The notes beneath the pieces are model-generated. The model did not search any database and had not been told where the DNA came from. It was given only the letters and a program-made list of their open reading frames with translations. The translations under genes were made by a program, and so were the position numbers. Source: Candidatus Caldarchaeales archaeon (GTDB taxonomy: Archaea > Thermoproteota > Nitrososphaeria_A > Caldarchaeales > Calditenuaceae). From it: a stretch of 21,939 bases of DNA. The stretch spans positions 1-21,939 of the forward strand of contig JAVVGN010000028.1 in the NCBI GenBank assembly GCA_032249095.1, written 5' to 3'. Shown one piece after another: positions 8,254 to 17,854 of the stretch. Each line of letters opens with the position of its first letter. Within the stretch, counting starts at the first letter, position 1.

Positions 8254-9951
8254 CTAGCGATGTATGGCTTCCGGGAGGACGTTGCCCTTACTCCGGCGCT
8301 CCTCCACCAGCCGCCTCCGAGCCATCAAGAAGTAGCGCGACTCTCTTCTGACAAGCCTCTCATAGAACGTCGTCAACGACTTTACGCCATCCCAGTCAAG
8401 GGATGTGAGGATCGGAATGATCTTAACATAGGTTCTGGACCTGAAGACGCGCTCGGTCTCTAGGCGCCTCTTACACCCCTCTAGCTCATTCATAAGCTCA
8501 GCTCTAAGGCCAGACAAATCGGTGGGGGCTATTGGCGCAGCTACCTGCCGCTCGGCCTTCCGGAAAAAGAATACGAGGTCAAAGGGGAGGGAGTCGACCT
8601 GTAAGGCGTGGAACGTCGTGGTATATGCTCTGAGGTATGGTTGGAGCGAGGTGCCGAGGTATGTGAAGCCGGCGGATGTTACGGCGCTTAGGAAGGCTCC
8701 CACGACCCTCATGTCCTTGCTATTGAACGTCGAGATGAGCAGCCCATCCGGCTTCAGGACGCGATAACACTCCCTGAAAACCTCCTCGAGGCCCCTCTTA
8801 TAATCGTCCAGCGTCACACCCCTCGTATTGTTTATGACGATCTCCGAATTTTTGGGCGCGAGCTCTCCGAAAAGCCAGAGAAAGTAGTCCGCCAGCTCGG
8901 CGTAGTTTACGTTAGCACCGTATGGCGGGTCAGTAATAACGTGGTCTACGCACGACTCGGGAAGCGGGAGATGCCGCGAGTCGGCCTGAAGTAGTAGGTA
9001 GCTTCCCCTACCCGCGAGGAAGTCTTCGACCGATTCAGCCCTGACCGCGTAAAGACCTATGTGTTTGTTTGACCACTCTTTGCCCCGGGCCACCGACTCA
9101 ACCCTTCTTAGGAATTGTCTCCAAACATTGACCTCGAGGGGGTGGGGATATATCCAGTAGGCATGCATGGCCCATCCCTCCAACACTTCGCCCCGTCTAT
9201 GACTCATCAGGCTGGCCCACTTTAGGGTGCTGCTGAGGGTGAGGAGCAGGAAGGATCTTATCTCCTCAGGCTCCTCGAGAGTTTCTATGGCCCGCTTAAG
9301 CGCGAGTATCAGGTAGAGGTTCCTGCCCGTGAAGAGCTCGTCGAAGTATTTTATCCCGCGTCTCAGTAGGGGGGCTGTCTTCTCTCCATACGGAATCTCG
9401 ACCCTCCTTAAGCCCATCTCCATCAAATCTTGGAGAGTCATCTCCGGAAGCTTCTCCTCGAGCCTCTCCACCCTCCTGCGATTGCATTTACTGCAGTGAT
9501 GCGAGGCGAGGGGCTTATCCCATCCATGCTCTATCCAGTCCGCCACCGACGTGGCCCCACAGCCGCACCGCACGAGGAAGAGCTGCCTCTCAAGAGGCTC
9601 GATCAGGGCCTTAAGCCTCTCAACAGCCCTCCTGAGCCGATTGATGTCGACTGGCAGAACCTCGTGAAGCATTATCTTCACAGCTAGCGGGTTCAGATCG
9701 ACCGCGATCACTCTCCTCCTAGCTACAAGGCCCTCGACAAGGACTACACCACCACCCGCGAAGGGGTCGAGTATTGTCTCGCCCGGCTTGGTGAAGCTCT
9801 CAATAAGCCTCCTGAAGACCGGCCACGGCCTCCTTGCCCAGTACTTATGCATAGTGTAGACAGGCGTGTGGACTGAGGACTCCACTATTCCAAGGGCCTT
9901 AATTCTCTCCAAAATTTGGTCCTGAGCCGTCATCCCCCAGCTACGAAGCAT
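8254..9951 (-). CDS. N6-adenine/N4-cytosine DNA methyltransferase with an inserted Zn-ribbon (COG1743-like)
   Basis: The AdoMet motif ILDPFAGGGVVLVEG follows HKYWARRPWPVF near the N-terminus. A CxC...CxxC ribbon follows (CGCGATSV...HHCSKCNRR). The catalytic motif DHVITDPPYGANVNY lies about 290 aa downstream. No restriction or specificity gene is adjacent. Confidence 0.75.
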   Translation of the reverse strand: MLRSWGMTAQDQILERIKALGIVESSVHTPVYTMHKYWARRPWPVFRRLIESFTKPGETILDPFAGGGVVLVEGLVARRRVIAVDLNPLAVKIMLHEVLPVDINRLRRAVERLKALIEPLERQLFLVRCGCGATSVADWIEHGWDKPLASHHCSKCNRRRVERLEEKLPEMTLQDLMEMGLRRVEIPYGEKTAPLLRRGIKYFDELFTGRNLYLILALKRAIETLEEPEEIRSFLLLTLSSTLKWASLMSHRRGEVLEGWAMHAYWIYPHPLEVNVWRQFLRRVESVARGKEWSNKHIGLYAVRAESVEDFLAGRGSYLLLQADSRHLPLPESCVDHVITDPPYGANVNYAELADYFLWLFGELAPKNSEIVINNTRGVTLDDYKRGLEEVFRECYRVLKPDGLLISTFNSKDMRVVGAFLSAVTSAGFTYLGTSLQPYLRAYTTTFHALQVDSLPFDLVFFFRKAERQVAAPIAPTDLSGLRAELMNELEGCKRRLETERVFRSRTYVKIIPILTSLDWDGVKSLTTFYERLVRRESRYFLMARRRLVEERRSKGNVLPEAIHR

Positions 9952-9989
9952 GCACTAACACGTGCGGAGGGCGTGAGCTGTAGAGGCAG

Positions 9990-11465
9990 TTAACGGCCCC
10001 ACGCCTGCACTATCACTCCCGTAACAGGCTGAGTCACGACTCCTGCAGCCACTATGAGGGTTGCCAGCACGGCCATGGGGAGAGCCATAGAGATGGGTGC
10101 CTCGTGGATGTCTTGTCTCGGCTCGCCCCTTGCGAAGACGTACATGAATGCTTTAAGGTAGTATCCAAGGGTTAGGGCGGTGCCTAGTGTGGCTATGATC
10201 GTTTGAAGAATTAGGCCTGACTGGTAGCCTCCCGAGAAGATGAGCCACTCGCTGAAGAACCCCGCCAAGGGTGGTGTACCCGCTATCGAGAGACCCCCGA
10301 TTAGGAAGACCGAGGCCGTGAACCACATAGGCCGCATAAGCCCGCCAAGCTTGTTGATATCCCTCTCACCGGTCGAGTGCATGATGGCGCCCGCCGCCAT
10401 GAAGAGGAGAGACTTCGCCAAGCCGTGGGTGAAGACATGCAGCATCCCCCCGATAAAGCCGAGGTTTGAGAATGCCGTAAGTCCAAAGACCATGTATCCC
10501 ACTTGGCTAACGGAGCTGTAGGCTAGGATCCTCTTGATGTCGTTCTGTACTAGAGCCATCAACCCGCCCCAAAAAATCGTCGCAAGCGAGAGCGGTATAA
10601 CGATCGACGAGGCCTGCTGGAACGCGGAGGGCATCATTAGCCAGATTATCCTGGCATACGCGTAGACGCCGGTCTTTATCATGACGCCGCTTAGAAGGAC
10701 GCTGATGGGTGTTGGAGCCTCCGCGTGAGCGTCTGGAAGCCACGTGTGTAGTGGGAAGAGGGCCATCTTGACCGCCGCTCCTATGAAGATCAGCGTTGCG
10801 AGTGGGAGAAGTGTCGGTGAGCCTCCCCCCAGAAGTGTCTGTAGAGCGTCAAGCTCGACACTCCCATAGAGGGCGTTAAGCCAGACAATACCTGCCAGCA
10901 ACGAGATAGCTCCAACATGTGTCATCGCGAAATACTTGAATCCTATGACTCGGGCGTTACCGGTTCCCCAGTAGGCTATGAGGAAGTAGCTTGGTATAAG
11001 CATCAGTTCCCAGAATATGTAGAATAGGAAGAGGTTTGTCGAGAGTACAACACCTATCATCCCGGCCACAAATAGCATGGTTAGGGCGTAATACGAGCCT
11101 AACCCCCTCTCACCCTCCATGTACCTCCATGAGTAGACACAGGCTAGGAAGCCTACCACGCTTATGAGCAGGTAAAACGGGTAACTCAGCTGGTCAAGCC
11201 TCAGGACAAAGCTCAGGCCAAGCTCCGGTATCCAGCTGAACCTCTCTTCGACTACTCCCCCACCTTGGATCGGCTGGAATAGAAGTATGCTGAAGATCGT
11301 GGGGAAGAATAGCGTGGTGGTCGCGAAGAGCCCTGCGGCCTTAGGGTGGAGCACCCTGCCGAAGATCCCCGCGAGGGGGGAGAAGGCGAGGGGAAGGGCG
11401 ACAGAGAGCAGGAGAGGGTTCAGCGCCTCTATCAGCATACTCACCCAGCCCTTCGGACCCGGCAC
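9990..11465 (-). CDS. Proton-conducting membrane transporter subunit (NuoM/NuoN/MrpD-like, PF00361-type)
   Basis: This polytopic membrane protein has the family hallmark HTWLPDAHAEAPTPISVLLSGVMIKTGVY plus KRILAYSSVSQVGYM and GFFSEW. The GTG at 11465 is the longest start. The ATG at 11438 (MLIEALNPLLL...) is a plausible alternative. Confidence 0.8.
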   Translation of the reverse strand: MPGPKGWVSMLIEALNPLLLSVALPLAFSPLAGIFGRVLHPKAAGLFATTTLFFPTIFSILLFQPIQGGGVVEERFSWIPELGLSFVLRLDQLSYPFYLLISVVGFLACVYSWRYMEGERGLGSYYALTMLFVAGMIGVVLSTNLFLFYIFWELMLIPSYFLIAYWGTGNARVIGFKYFAMTHVGAISLLAGIVWLNALYGSVELDALQTLLGGGSPTLLPLATLIFIGAAVKMALFPLHTWLPDAHAEAPTPISVLLSGVMIKTGVYAYARIIWLMMPSAFQQASSIVIPLSLATIFWGGLMALVQNDIKRILAYSSVSQVGYMVFGLTAFSNLGFIGGMLHVFTHGLAKSLLFMAAGAIMHSTGERDINKLGGLMRPMWFTASVFLIGGLSIAGTPPLAGFFSEWLIFSGGYQSGLILQTIIATLGTALTLGYYLKAFMYVFARGEPRQDIHEAPISMALPMAVLATLIVAAGVVTQPVTGVIVQAWGR

Positions 11466-11486
11466 AATTTTAGTTTTGAACCCGTC

Positions 11487-11580
11487 TGGGCGTGTCCAAC
11501 TCTTATTTGCTATTTATAAGCTTTAAAGCTACATTTATAAGTAGTCTTAGGAAGGGTTTACGAATTGTTGGACACGCCCA
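11487..11580. promoter_or_regulatory. Perfect 14-bp inverted repeat flanking a 66-bp AT-rich spacer with TATA-like boxes, upstream of the NuoM-like gene
   Basis: tgggcgtgtccaac (11487-11500) and gttggacacgccca (11567-11580) are exact reverse complements. The spacer contains tatttataag and catttataag plus the palindrome aagctttaaagct. Confidence 0.5.
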
Positions 11581-12321
11581 CGAGAAGTTAAGTTAAATAA
11601 ACAAGCTTTTAGCATAGAATTCGCCTTCAAGCTCATGCTTCTGGCCTCGGGTATCCATGTAGTGTTGTCTGTCCTTTTCCCATGAATATTGCCTCGTTTC
11701 TCCATAAGTCTAGCTGTATGGGGGATGTTGCCGTGTTTTATGTAGATGCTTTAGTTTAGGCCTCTCCTTCATTACTACTTCCTATCTCCTTTTCTAAGCC
11801 TCTAAGCCCTTTAGTGCTTGATAGTGTGTTGTGTAGTATATTTTTTCTTGGTAGTATTTAGTCCCTTGAAGAGTTATGTCCTTGGATGGCGGGACATTAT
11901 TTTCAGTCTGGTGTCTGAATGTTTATGTAACGTCTCTAGTGTCGTTCTGTATGGTGGTTGGGTGAAGACGGGACCGACACGCCCGGGCACAAGGGCCGTG
12001 CCGGGTGGGCTTCCCGTCCGATGCTGGACGGTCCCCGAGGGGAGCAGGGATGCTTCCTGCGCCTGCTGGCGCCGCCGGGGAGTGTCCTCCCCGCCCATAT
12101 CCCCCTGAGAGAATTGCTCCCGGGTCGGGGCTGGGAGCTTTTGGGGGTAGATGGGGGAGGAGGGGTGGCCGACGGGCCAAGGCCGCTCCTGCCCTAGAAG
12201 CACCAGACTATAGACTGTTGTGACGAGGCCCCTAGGCGGCCTTGTGGAGATGGGGAGGATGATTCTGGCCTATAGGACTATGATGAGAACGCACCAATAA
12301 CTGCTGAACAAGTATAGGGCT

Positions 12322-12543
12322 TTGTCTGAGGCTGAGAGGGAGGTTCTGAGGCTAGTAATAAAGTCCTTGGAGGTGCAGATGGAGGAGGTGGCTAGGATGA
12401 TTGCTGAGGAGGCTGGTAAGAGGTATCAGGCCTACAATAGGCTAGTTGGTGAGATGGGTATTCGTGGGTACGTTGGTGCTATGGAGGCTTTGGCCGAGCT
12501 GATAGCGCACCTAGATCCATCCAGGGGGTTTCAGGAAGACTAG
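12322..12543 (+). pseudogene. IS110/IS1111-like recombinase C-terminal domain fragment (copy B)
   Basis: MIAEEAGKRYQAYNRLVGEMGIRGYVGAMEALAELIAHLDPSRGF resembles the IS110-family 'PGIGxxxAxxLLAEIGDxxRF' helix-hairpin region. It is preceded by an in-frame TAA and followed by TAG and frame changes before the ...RRALQRLTAS-equivalent block. Confidence 0.5.
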
Positions 12544-12711
12544 GAATTTACTGGGGCTGTTTAAACCGATCCGTGGTAGAAGGAGGATCTATAGTGGGAA
12601 TTTTAGGCGTGCTTTGCAGAGGCTGACGGCTTCAGCAAACAACATCGCATTATTTCAACTGACCGCGAGGATGGAGAAGGGGGTGTTATCGAGAGTCTGG
12701 AAGATGTATAG

Positions 12712-12890
12712 GCAGGAAGCCCTTGGGAGGCTGGCCATGCCGGCGCAGGGATAAAACCCGGAGGCCGGTATGATGGCACAATTAACGCGCACCCGCTGTC
12801 GGGCTGCGATAAGATATTTAACGTCCGGCCTCCTATAGGGTTTCCTAGATGCTATACGGATGGCCAGCTAAACCCCTCCCCCCTTCTATC
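12712..12890 (+). ncRNA. Candidate structured RNA module at the 3' end of repeat copy B
   Basis: Helix ggctggccat (12729-12738) pairs with atggccagcT (12860-12869, terminal G-U). In hairpin atGccggc...gccggtat the A-to-G change gives a G-U pair. The variable hairpin is gcaccc-gctgtc-gggCtgc. Confidence 0.45.
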
Positions 12891-13070
12891 CTTTCTTAAT
12901 CTGTGCAATTTATACGCTACTAGTTTGGCTACATAGCAGAGATGTCTAGACGGGTGCTCGCCCTTCTCTCGGCTGTCCTCCACTTTAGGGTCATGAAGGA
13001 CCTCAAGATCCTCTAACGCGGCGTCCCGAGCTTGGACTGGTTATATCTTGAGAACGCGTAGGCCTTCTGG

Positions 13071-13637
13071 CTACACTATTTCGGGGAAAACCTCGCTGAC
13101 TAACCGTTGATAGGCCTCGTCCAGGCTTCCCACCCTCAAGATGAAGCGGTTAAACCTCAGCAGGCGGTTCCAGGGCTGGTCTCGCAGGAGGACGTACCGC
13201 GCGGTCTCGGCGATGCTGAGCGCCTCTACCGGAGAGTCGTCTATGAATACGTCGTGGTTCAGACTACTCTTACGCGATACACCAAGGATGAGGGAAGAGT
13301 ATCGGATTTTGTGACGCTTCAGCCAGCTCTTAACGTATGGGAGGTGCCTCGGGGTCCTGCCACTAACTATGTCTACACGGCCCAGAGCGGAGAGCCTAGC
13401 CACCTTCCCGCCAATATCGTCCTCAAGGGGAGCGAGATCCCTCCACCCGCGCCAGACCTCGTCGAACACTGCGTTAAACTCTTCGCGGCTTATCCCCAAG
13501 CCTTTCCAGAAGTCCCACTCATGGATATCCTCAACCGTGATCTGCCTGTAAGGGTGCCTAGTGTTCCAGATCCTGACCCAACTACCCATAGAGTCTGATA
13601 ACACTCCGTCGAGATCCATAGCTATCTTTATGCCCAT
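13071..13637 (-). CDS. HAD-superfamily 5'(3')-deoxyribonucleotidase-like phosphatase (NT5C/YorS-like)
   Basis: HAD motif I is MDLDGVLSD, motif II-like is DIVSGRT, and motif IV is VFIDDSP followed by DQPWN. The size of 188 aa is typical of the NT5C family. Confidence 0.7.
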   Translation of the reverse strand: MGIKIAMDLDGVLSDSMGSWVRIWNTRHPYRQITVEDIHEWDFWKGLGISREEFNAVFDEVWRGWRDLAPLEDDIGGKVARLSALGRVDIVSGRTPRHLPYVKSWLKRHKIRYSSLILGVSRKSSLNHDVFIDDSPVEALSIAETARYVLLRDQPWNRLLRFNRFILRVGSLDEAYQRLVSEVFPEIV

Positions 13638-13810
13638 TCAGCCCGCTCTCTGATCCGCGAATTCCTACCCCACAGATATAAAGGTGAGGGGGCCGGTGCC
13701 GACCGCCCAGCGGCTCAAAGACGCGCCTCTCTAGAATCCCGGCGATGAATACATACCCATATATTTCGGATCCGCCTGCGTAGCCCGTTGGGTGCGGATA
13801 GGCTTTACCC

Positions 13811-16588
13811 ATGTCGAGGGGTGTTGTTCGTGAGGAGAACTGGCACGCTAAGAGCGTTTCTGAGACTTTAGCACTTCTCTCCTCCGACCCTGCGAGGGGT
13901 CTGCCGAGTGAGGAGGCGCGCCGGCGCAGAGAGATTTTTGGGCCGAACAGAGTGCTCATTGAGCGGGGCGTCTCTCCCCTCAAGATATTTGCTCGACAGT
14001 TCCGTAACCTCATGATAATCATTCTTCTGATAGCGACGGCTATCTCCGCGGCTCTAGGGGAGATAATCGACGCAATAGTGATCTTCGTTATCGTGCTTAT
14101 GGCCTCTGCCCTGGGTTTCTGGCAGGAGTTTCGCTCCGAGAGGATTGTGGAGGCACTGAAGAAGTTCATGACGCCTAGTTGCAGCGTGTTGAGGGATGGG
14201 GTTGTCGTTAGGATTAGCTCGGAGGAGGTTGTGCCAGGAGATGTTCTGGTTCTCGAGGCCGGCGACAAGGTCGTAGCAGACGCTCGTGTCATAGAGTCCT
14301 TCGGCCTCCAGACATACGAGGCGGCCCTAACGGGAGAGTCGACCCCCATAGCCAAGACGGTCAACCCGCTTCCACCCAGCACTGACCTAGCCGACAGGAC
14401 CAACATGGTCTACTCTGGGACAGTAGTTTCTAGCGGGAAGGGGAAGGCGGTGGTTGTGGCGACGGGCATGTCCACAGTGTTTGGGGGTATTGCGAGGGAG
14501 GTGGCTGAGATCAGGGAGGAGAGGGCGCCCCTTGTCGAGAGAATGGATGAGGTGGCCAAGACACTTGGCAAAGTGATCCTGCTGATCATAGCGGTCGTAA
14601 CGGTTGTGGAGGTGTTGGAGACGGTGGCTCTCGGGAGCCCGCTCGCCCAAGAGACTCTGATCAGGATCTTCATGTTCGCACTGGCCCTTGCCGTGGCGGC
14701 TGTCCCCGAGGCCCTGCCAGCGATCGTGACAAGCACCCTCGCGGTCGGTATGTTGATAATTGCGAGGCGGAACGCTGTTGTGAGAAGGATGGCCGCTGTC
14801 GAGACGCTCGGCTCGACCCAGGTCATTTGTACAGATAAGACTGGTACTGTAACGCGTGGTGAGATGGTGGTGAGGAGTATGTATGTTGCTGGGGTGTATT
14901 GCGATGTCTCTGATGATGGGTCGATTAGGCCTCTCCAGAGAGAAGAGCTAGGGACGCTAAAGGGTGCATGGGTCCAAGACGCTATAAGGGTGCTTCTAAG
15001 GTCGGCGATCCTCTGCTCCGACGCAAGCGTGAGGCTGGAGGACGGAAAATACGTGATCTACGGAGACCCAACGGAGGGCGCCATCATGGTTCTTGCAGAG
15101 CAGAACGGCTTAAGGACCGATGAGGTTCGAGGTTCTACGAGAAGGATAGGGGAGATACCTTTCAGCTCGGAGCGAAAGCGCATGACTACAATAGTGGAGG
15201 CCGGGAGGGGTTTAGAGGCCCACATGAAGGGCGCCCCAGAGATCGTAATACCGCTCTGCGAAAGCATGCTCTATGGAGGCGATCTCGTAGAGTTAAGCGA
15301 GGAGAGAAGAACTATGATTCTGAGACTGGGCGAGGAGATGGCCTCCCAGGGCCTTAGAGTGCTCGCCGTCGCAACCCGCCGGCTTGACGCCACGCTAGGA
15401 GCATACTCCGAGGAGGGTGTGGAGAAGGGGTTTACGCTCCTCGGGCTCGTAGGTATGGTAGACCCGCCAAGGCCCGAGATCGCCGGCTCTGTTAGCCTGT
15501 GCAGGGCGGCAGGCATCAGGCCAGTGATGGTTACTGGAGACCACGCATCCACGGCGGTGGCCGTGGCCCGAGAAGTCGGGATATACTCGGAGGGAGACAT
15601 AGTGATGCGTGGTTCAGAGCTTGACCACATCAGCGACGACGAGCTAGCGGAGAAGGTAGAAAAGATATCAGTCTACGCCCGCGTCGCCCCTAGTCATAAA
15701 CTTCGGATAATAGAGGCCTGGAAGAGGAGGGGGAAGGTCGTCGCGATGACCGGCGATGGTGTGAACGATGCCCCCGCGCTGAAGAAGGCCGACATAGGGA
15801 TAGCGATGGGGATAAAGGGGACAGAGGTGGCTAAGGAGGCATCCGACATCATACTGCTAGACGACAACTTCGCGACCATCGTGAGGGCGGTCGAGCTTGG
15901 GAGATGGATCTACGACAATATCAAGAAGTACCTATCATACTTACTCCAGGCAAACCTCGTCGAGATAGCGGTCACAGCAATAAGCTCTCTCATGATTCTC
16001 CCCCTCCTAGGATTTAGGGGTGAAGAGCTCCTGCCCCTTCTCCCCGTACAGATACTCTACATTAATCTCGCGACAGACGGTCTTCCGGCGATCGCTCTCG
16101 GCCTGAGTCCACCTGACCCGGACCTCATGAGGAGGCCCCCGAGGCCGCGCAGGGAGACAGTTTTTACGCGCGAGGTGAAGGAGTTCATAGTTAGGGCGCT
16201 CATAGTCGAGACCCCGGTCCTTCTCGCGGGATTCTTAGACGCCCTGCCTCTAGGGATCGAGGTTGCTAGGAGTAGACTCCTCCTCATGTTTATCGTTATA
16301 GAGCTTGTGATAGCTCTTAACTGCAGGTCCCTGATTCACTCAATCTTTAAGACGCGGCCCCACAGACTCCTCGTGCTGACGATTATCTGGGAGATATTCC
16401 TGATATCACTGCTAGCTTCAATACCCATTACCAAGGAGGCTCTCCACATAGTTCCGCCGTCTCAGTCAGACCTAGCGTGGATTATAGGGGGAGGCCTCGT
16501 AACCTTTACAAGCATCGAGCTCCTGAAGAGGATCGAGATAGCCAGGATCTTTAAAAAAATGTACTCAGAAAAAGGCGCGCAACGCTAA
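13811..16588 (+). CDS. P2-type cation-transporting ATPase (Ca2+/Mg2+-ATPase-like)
   Basis: The protein carries the TGES actuator motif ([10 protein letters not shown]), a PEGL-like motif VPEALPA, the phosphorylation site [10 protein letters not shown], the hinge [22 protein letters not shown], an N-terminal cation-ATPase-N-like segment ([17 protein letters not shown]) and C-terminal TM helices. Confidence 0.9.
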   Translation: MSRGVVREENWHAKSVSETLALLSSDPARGLPSEEARRRREIFGPNRVLIERGVSPLKIFARQFRNLMIIILLIATAISAALGEIIDAIVIFVIVLMASALGFWQEFRSERIVEALKKFMTPSCSVLRDGVVVRISSEEVVPGDVLVLEAGDKVVADARVIESFGLQTYEAALTGESTPIAKTVNPLPPSTDLADRTNMVYSGTVVSSGKGKAVVVATGMSTVFGGIAREVAEIREERAPLVERMDEVAKTLGKVILLIIAVVTVVEVLETVALGSPLAQETLIRIFMFALALAVAAVPEALPAIVTSTLAVGMLIIARRNAVVRRMAAVETLGSTQVICTDKTGTVTRGEMVVRSMYVAGVYCDVSDDGSIRPLQREELGTLKGAWVQDAIRVLLRSAILCSDASVRLEDGKYVIYGDPTEGAIMVLAEQNGLRTDEVRGSTRRIGEIPFSSERKRMTTIVEAGRGLEAHMKGAPEIVIPLCESMLYGGDLVELSEERRTMILRLGEEMASQGLRVLAVATRRLDATLGAYSEEGVEKGFTLLGLVGMVDPPRPEIAGSVSLCRAAGIRPVMVTGDHASTAVAVAREVGIYSEGDIVMRGSELDHISDDELAEKVEKISVYARVAPSHKLRIIEAWKRRGKVVAMTGDGVNDAPALKKADIGIAMGIKGTEVAKEASDIILLDDNFATIVRAVELGRWIYDNIKKYLSYLLQANLVEIAVTAISSLMILPLLGFRGEELLPLLPVQILYINLATDGLPAIALGLSPPDPDLMRRPPRPRRETVFTREVKEFIVRALIVETPVLLAGFLDALPLGIEVARSRLLLMFIVIELVIALNCRSLIHSIFKTRPHRLLVLTIIWEIFLISLLASIPITKEALHIVPPSQSDLAWIIGGGLVTFTSIELLKRIEIARIFKKMYSEKGAQR

Positions 16589-17048
16589 CCACCACCCACT
16601 CCCGGAATTGGATTCTATGTTTCTGGTCTTGGGTATCCGTATAGTGTTGTTTGTCCTTTTCCCATGAATATTACCTCGTTTCCCCATAGGTCTAGCTGTA
16701 TTGGTACGTTGCCGTGTGTTGGGGCCACTACTCCTTATATGTGGGGCCGGTGGGGTTGGTGGTGACTGATTCGGGGATCGAGGTGGGGAGGGTTCTGAAC
16801 ATTACTCTGACCCCAGACGGAGTCGTGATTGTGCAGAACGTGTAGGATGGCATGCTGAGGACATGGATGATACCCTCCATCGCGACGCTTAGGTGTCTGA
16901 TATACGAGGCGACGGTTGGAGAAACGCCGCCGAGAATCTACCACCCACCACTTAACTCGATAGTCCTAGAGAGGGAGCAGGTGGAGAGGTTCCACATAGT
17001 TGCGAGGCCATACGAGATAAAGACTGAGAATAAGGAGGTGTAGGGATA

Positions 17049-17853
17049 TTGAAGTTCTATGCTGATGTTCATAGGAGTAAGAGGAACGGCGAGGGCTTCA
17101 GGATAACATACTCTACTGACGGAATAACTTTCAGGCATGTAGACAGCTTCAGCGAGGTCCCTGCTGGGCCCGGAGACAAGCTATTCATGGATACACTACC
17201 ACCCCAACACACGGACGGCTCGATAGAACTTCTGAGAAAGGGAGTGGAGGTCAATTATCTTAGGAGGCTTACGTTGATTGAGAAGATGCGCAGGGAGCAT
17301 AAGCTGCCGAAGACAGCTAGGGGAGACATAAAGGCATTGATGAGCATAGAGGAGAGGTGGTTCAGGAGGGTTACTTAGGACTTCCTAGTCGTGCGTAGGA
17401 TGATATTGGCCTATTAGGTCTCTTCTGAAGACTCATCAACAACTCGTCAATAAGGCTAAATCTTTGTCGGAGAGTGGGAGGATTACACTAAAACCAGTCA
17501 TCTCCTCTATCGAAAAACAGTTGGGGGAGATGGCTGGGATGATTGCTGAGGAGGCTGGTAAAAGTTATCCGGCCTATAATAGGCTAGTTGATGGGCTGGG
17601 TATTCGTGGGAATATTAAGGCTCAGGAGGCTCTGGCCGAGCTGATTACATACTTAGATCCATCTAAGGGTTTCAGGAAGACGAGTAACCTATTAGGGCTG
17701 TTTAAACCGATTCTTGGTAGAAGGAAGGTCTATAGCGGGCACTTGAGGCGTGCTTTGCAGAGGCTGACGGCTTCAACAAACAACATATCACCACTCCAAC
17801 TGACCGCGAGGGTGGAGAAGGGAGGTGTTATCGAGAGTCTGGAGGATGTATAG
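17049..17853 (+). pseudogene. IS110/IS1111-like DEDD recombinase, interrupted by stops and a frameshift between the N- and C-domains
   Basis: The N-domain (17049-17378) reads KFYADVHRSK (compare GIDVxK), LFMDT (compare the ME/D acidic block), GVEVNYL...KLPKTARGDIKALMSI (compare KTDxxDAxxIA, with the first D replaced by A). GGAGGTG lies 8 nt upstream of the TTG start. The linker contains TAG, TAA and TAA plus a +1 phase change. The C-domain (17464-17853) reads LGIRGNIKAQEALAELITYLDPSKGFRKTSNLLGLFKPILGRRKVYSGHLRRALQRLTAS. Confidence 0.55.
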
Positions 17854-17854
17854 G

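Larger units (their letters stand above)
11640..12913 (+). mobile_element. Repeat family copy B: left end, then an unrelated replacement segment of about 510 bp, then the recombinase C-domain remnant and 3' RNA module
   Basis: The left end at 11640-11745 matches copies A, C and D. Homology to copy C is lost after gttgccgtgt and resumes near aggatgattctggcctatagg (about 12255). The right end finishes with ...cctttcttaatctgtgcaatttat, as in copy C. Confidence 0.7.

Noticed and set aside
11905-12209. Possible SRP (7S) RNA. The length of about 305 nt, the end-to-end helix, a UGUAAC and a GGAGCAGG string resemble SRP RNA features.
   Set aside because: The putative helix-8 apex reads GGUCCCCGAGGGGAGCAGGG. 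This has no GNAR tetraloop and lacks the canonical 5' AGG / 3' AGCA loop arrangement. The 5' quarter is AT-rich, unlike thermophile SRP RNAs. The fold is a chain of short hairpins rather than one long rod. It is kept only as an unassigned structured-RNA candidate.
11818-12223. Five overlapping ORFs (72-109 aa) on both strands.
   Set aside because: They occupy the 71% GC block, where stop codons are rare in all frames. The translations are G/P/R-rich and low in complexity, and the ORFs are mutually exclusive.
13582-14406. 274-aa ORF on the minus strand overlapping the HAD gene start and the P-type ATPase 5' region.
   Set aside because: It is antisense to two well-supported genes and has an S/R/T/P-rich low-complexity composition with no motifs. 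It is a typical shadow ORF in GC-rich coding DNA. The same reasoning applies to the other antisense ORFs inside the ATPase, LysRS, TldD, MTase, NuoM-like, PmbA, IlvE and NTase genes.
16852-17043. 63-aa ORF inside repeat copy C, just upstream of the recombinase start.
   Set aside because: It has no recognisable motif and no counterpart in copies A, B or D. It may be a real small accessory ORF, but that cannot be supported from this window.
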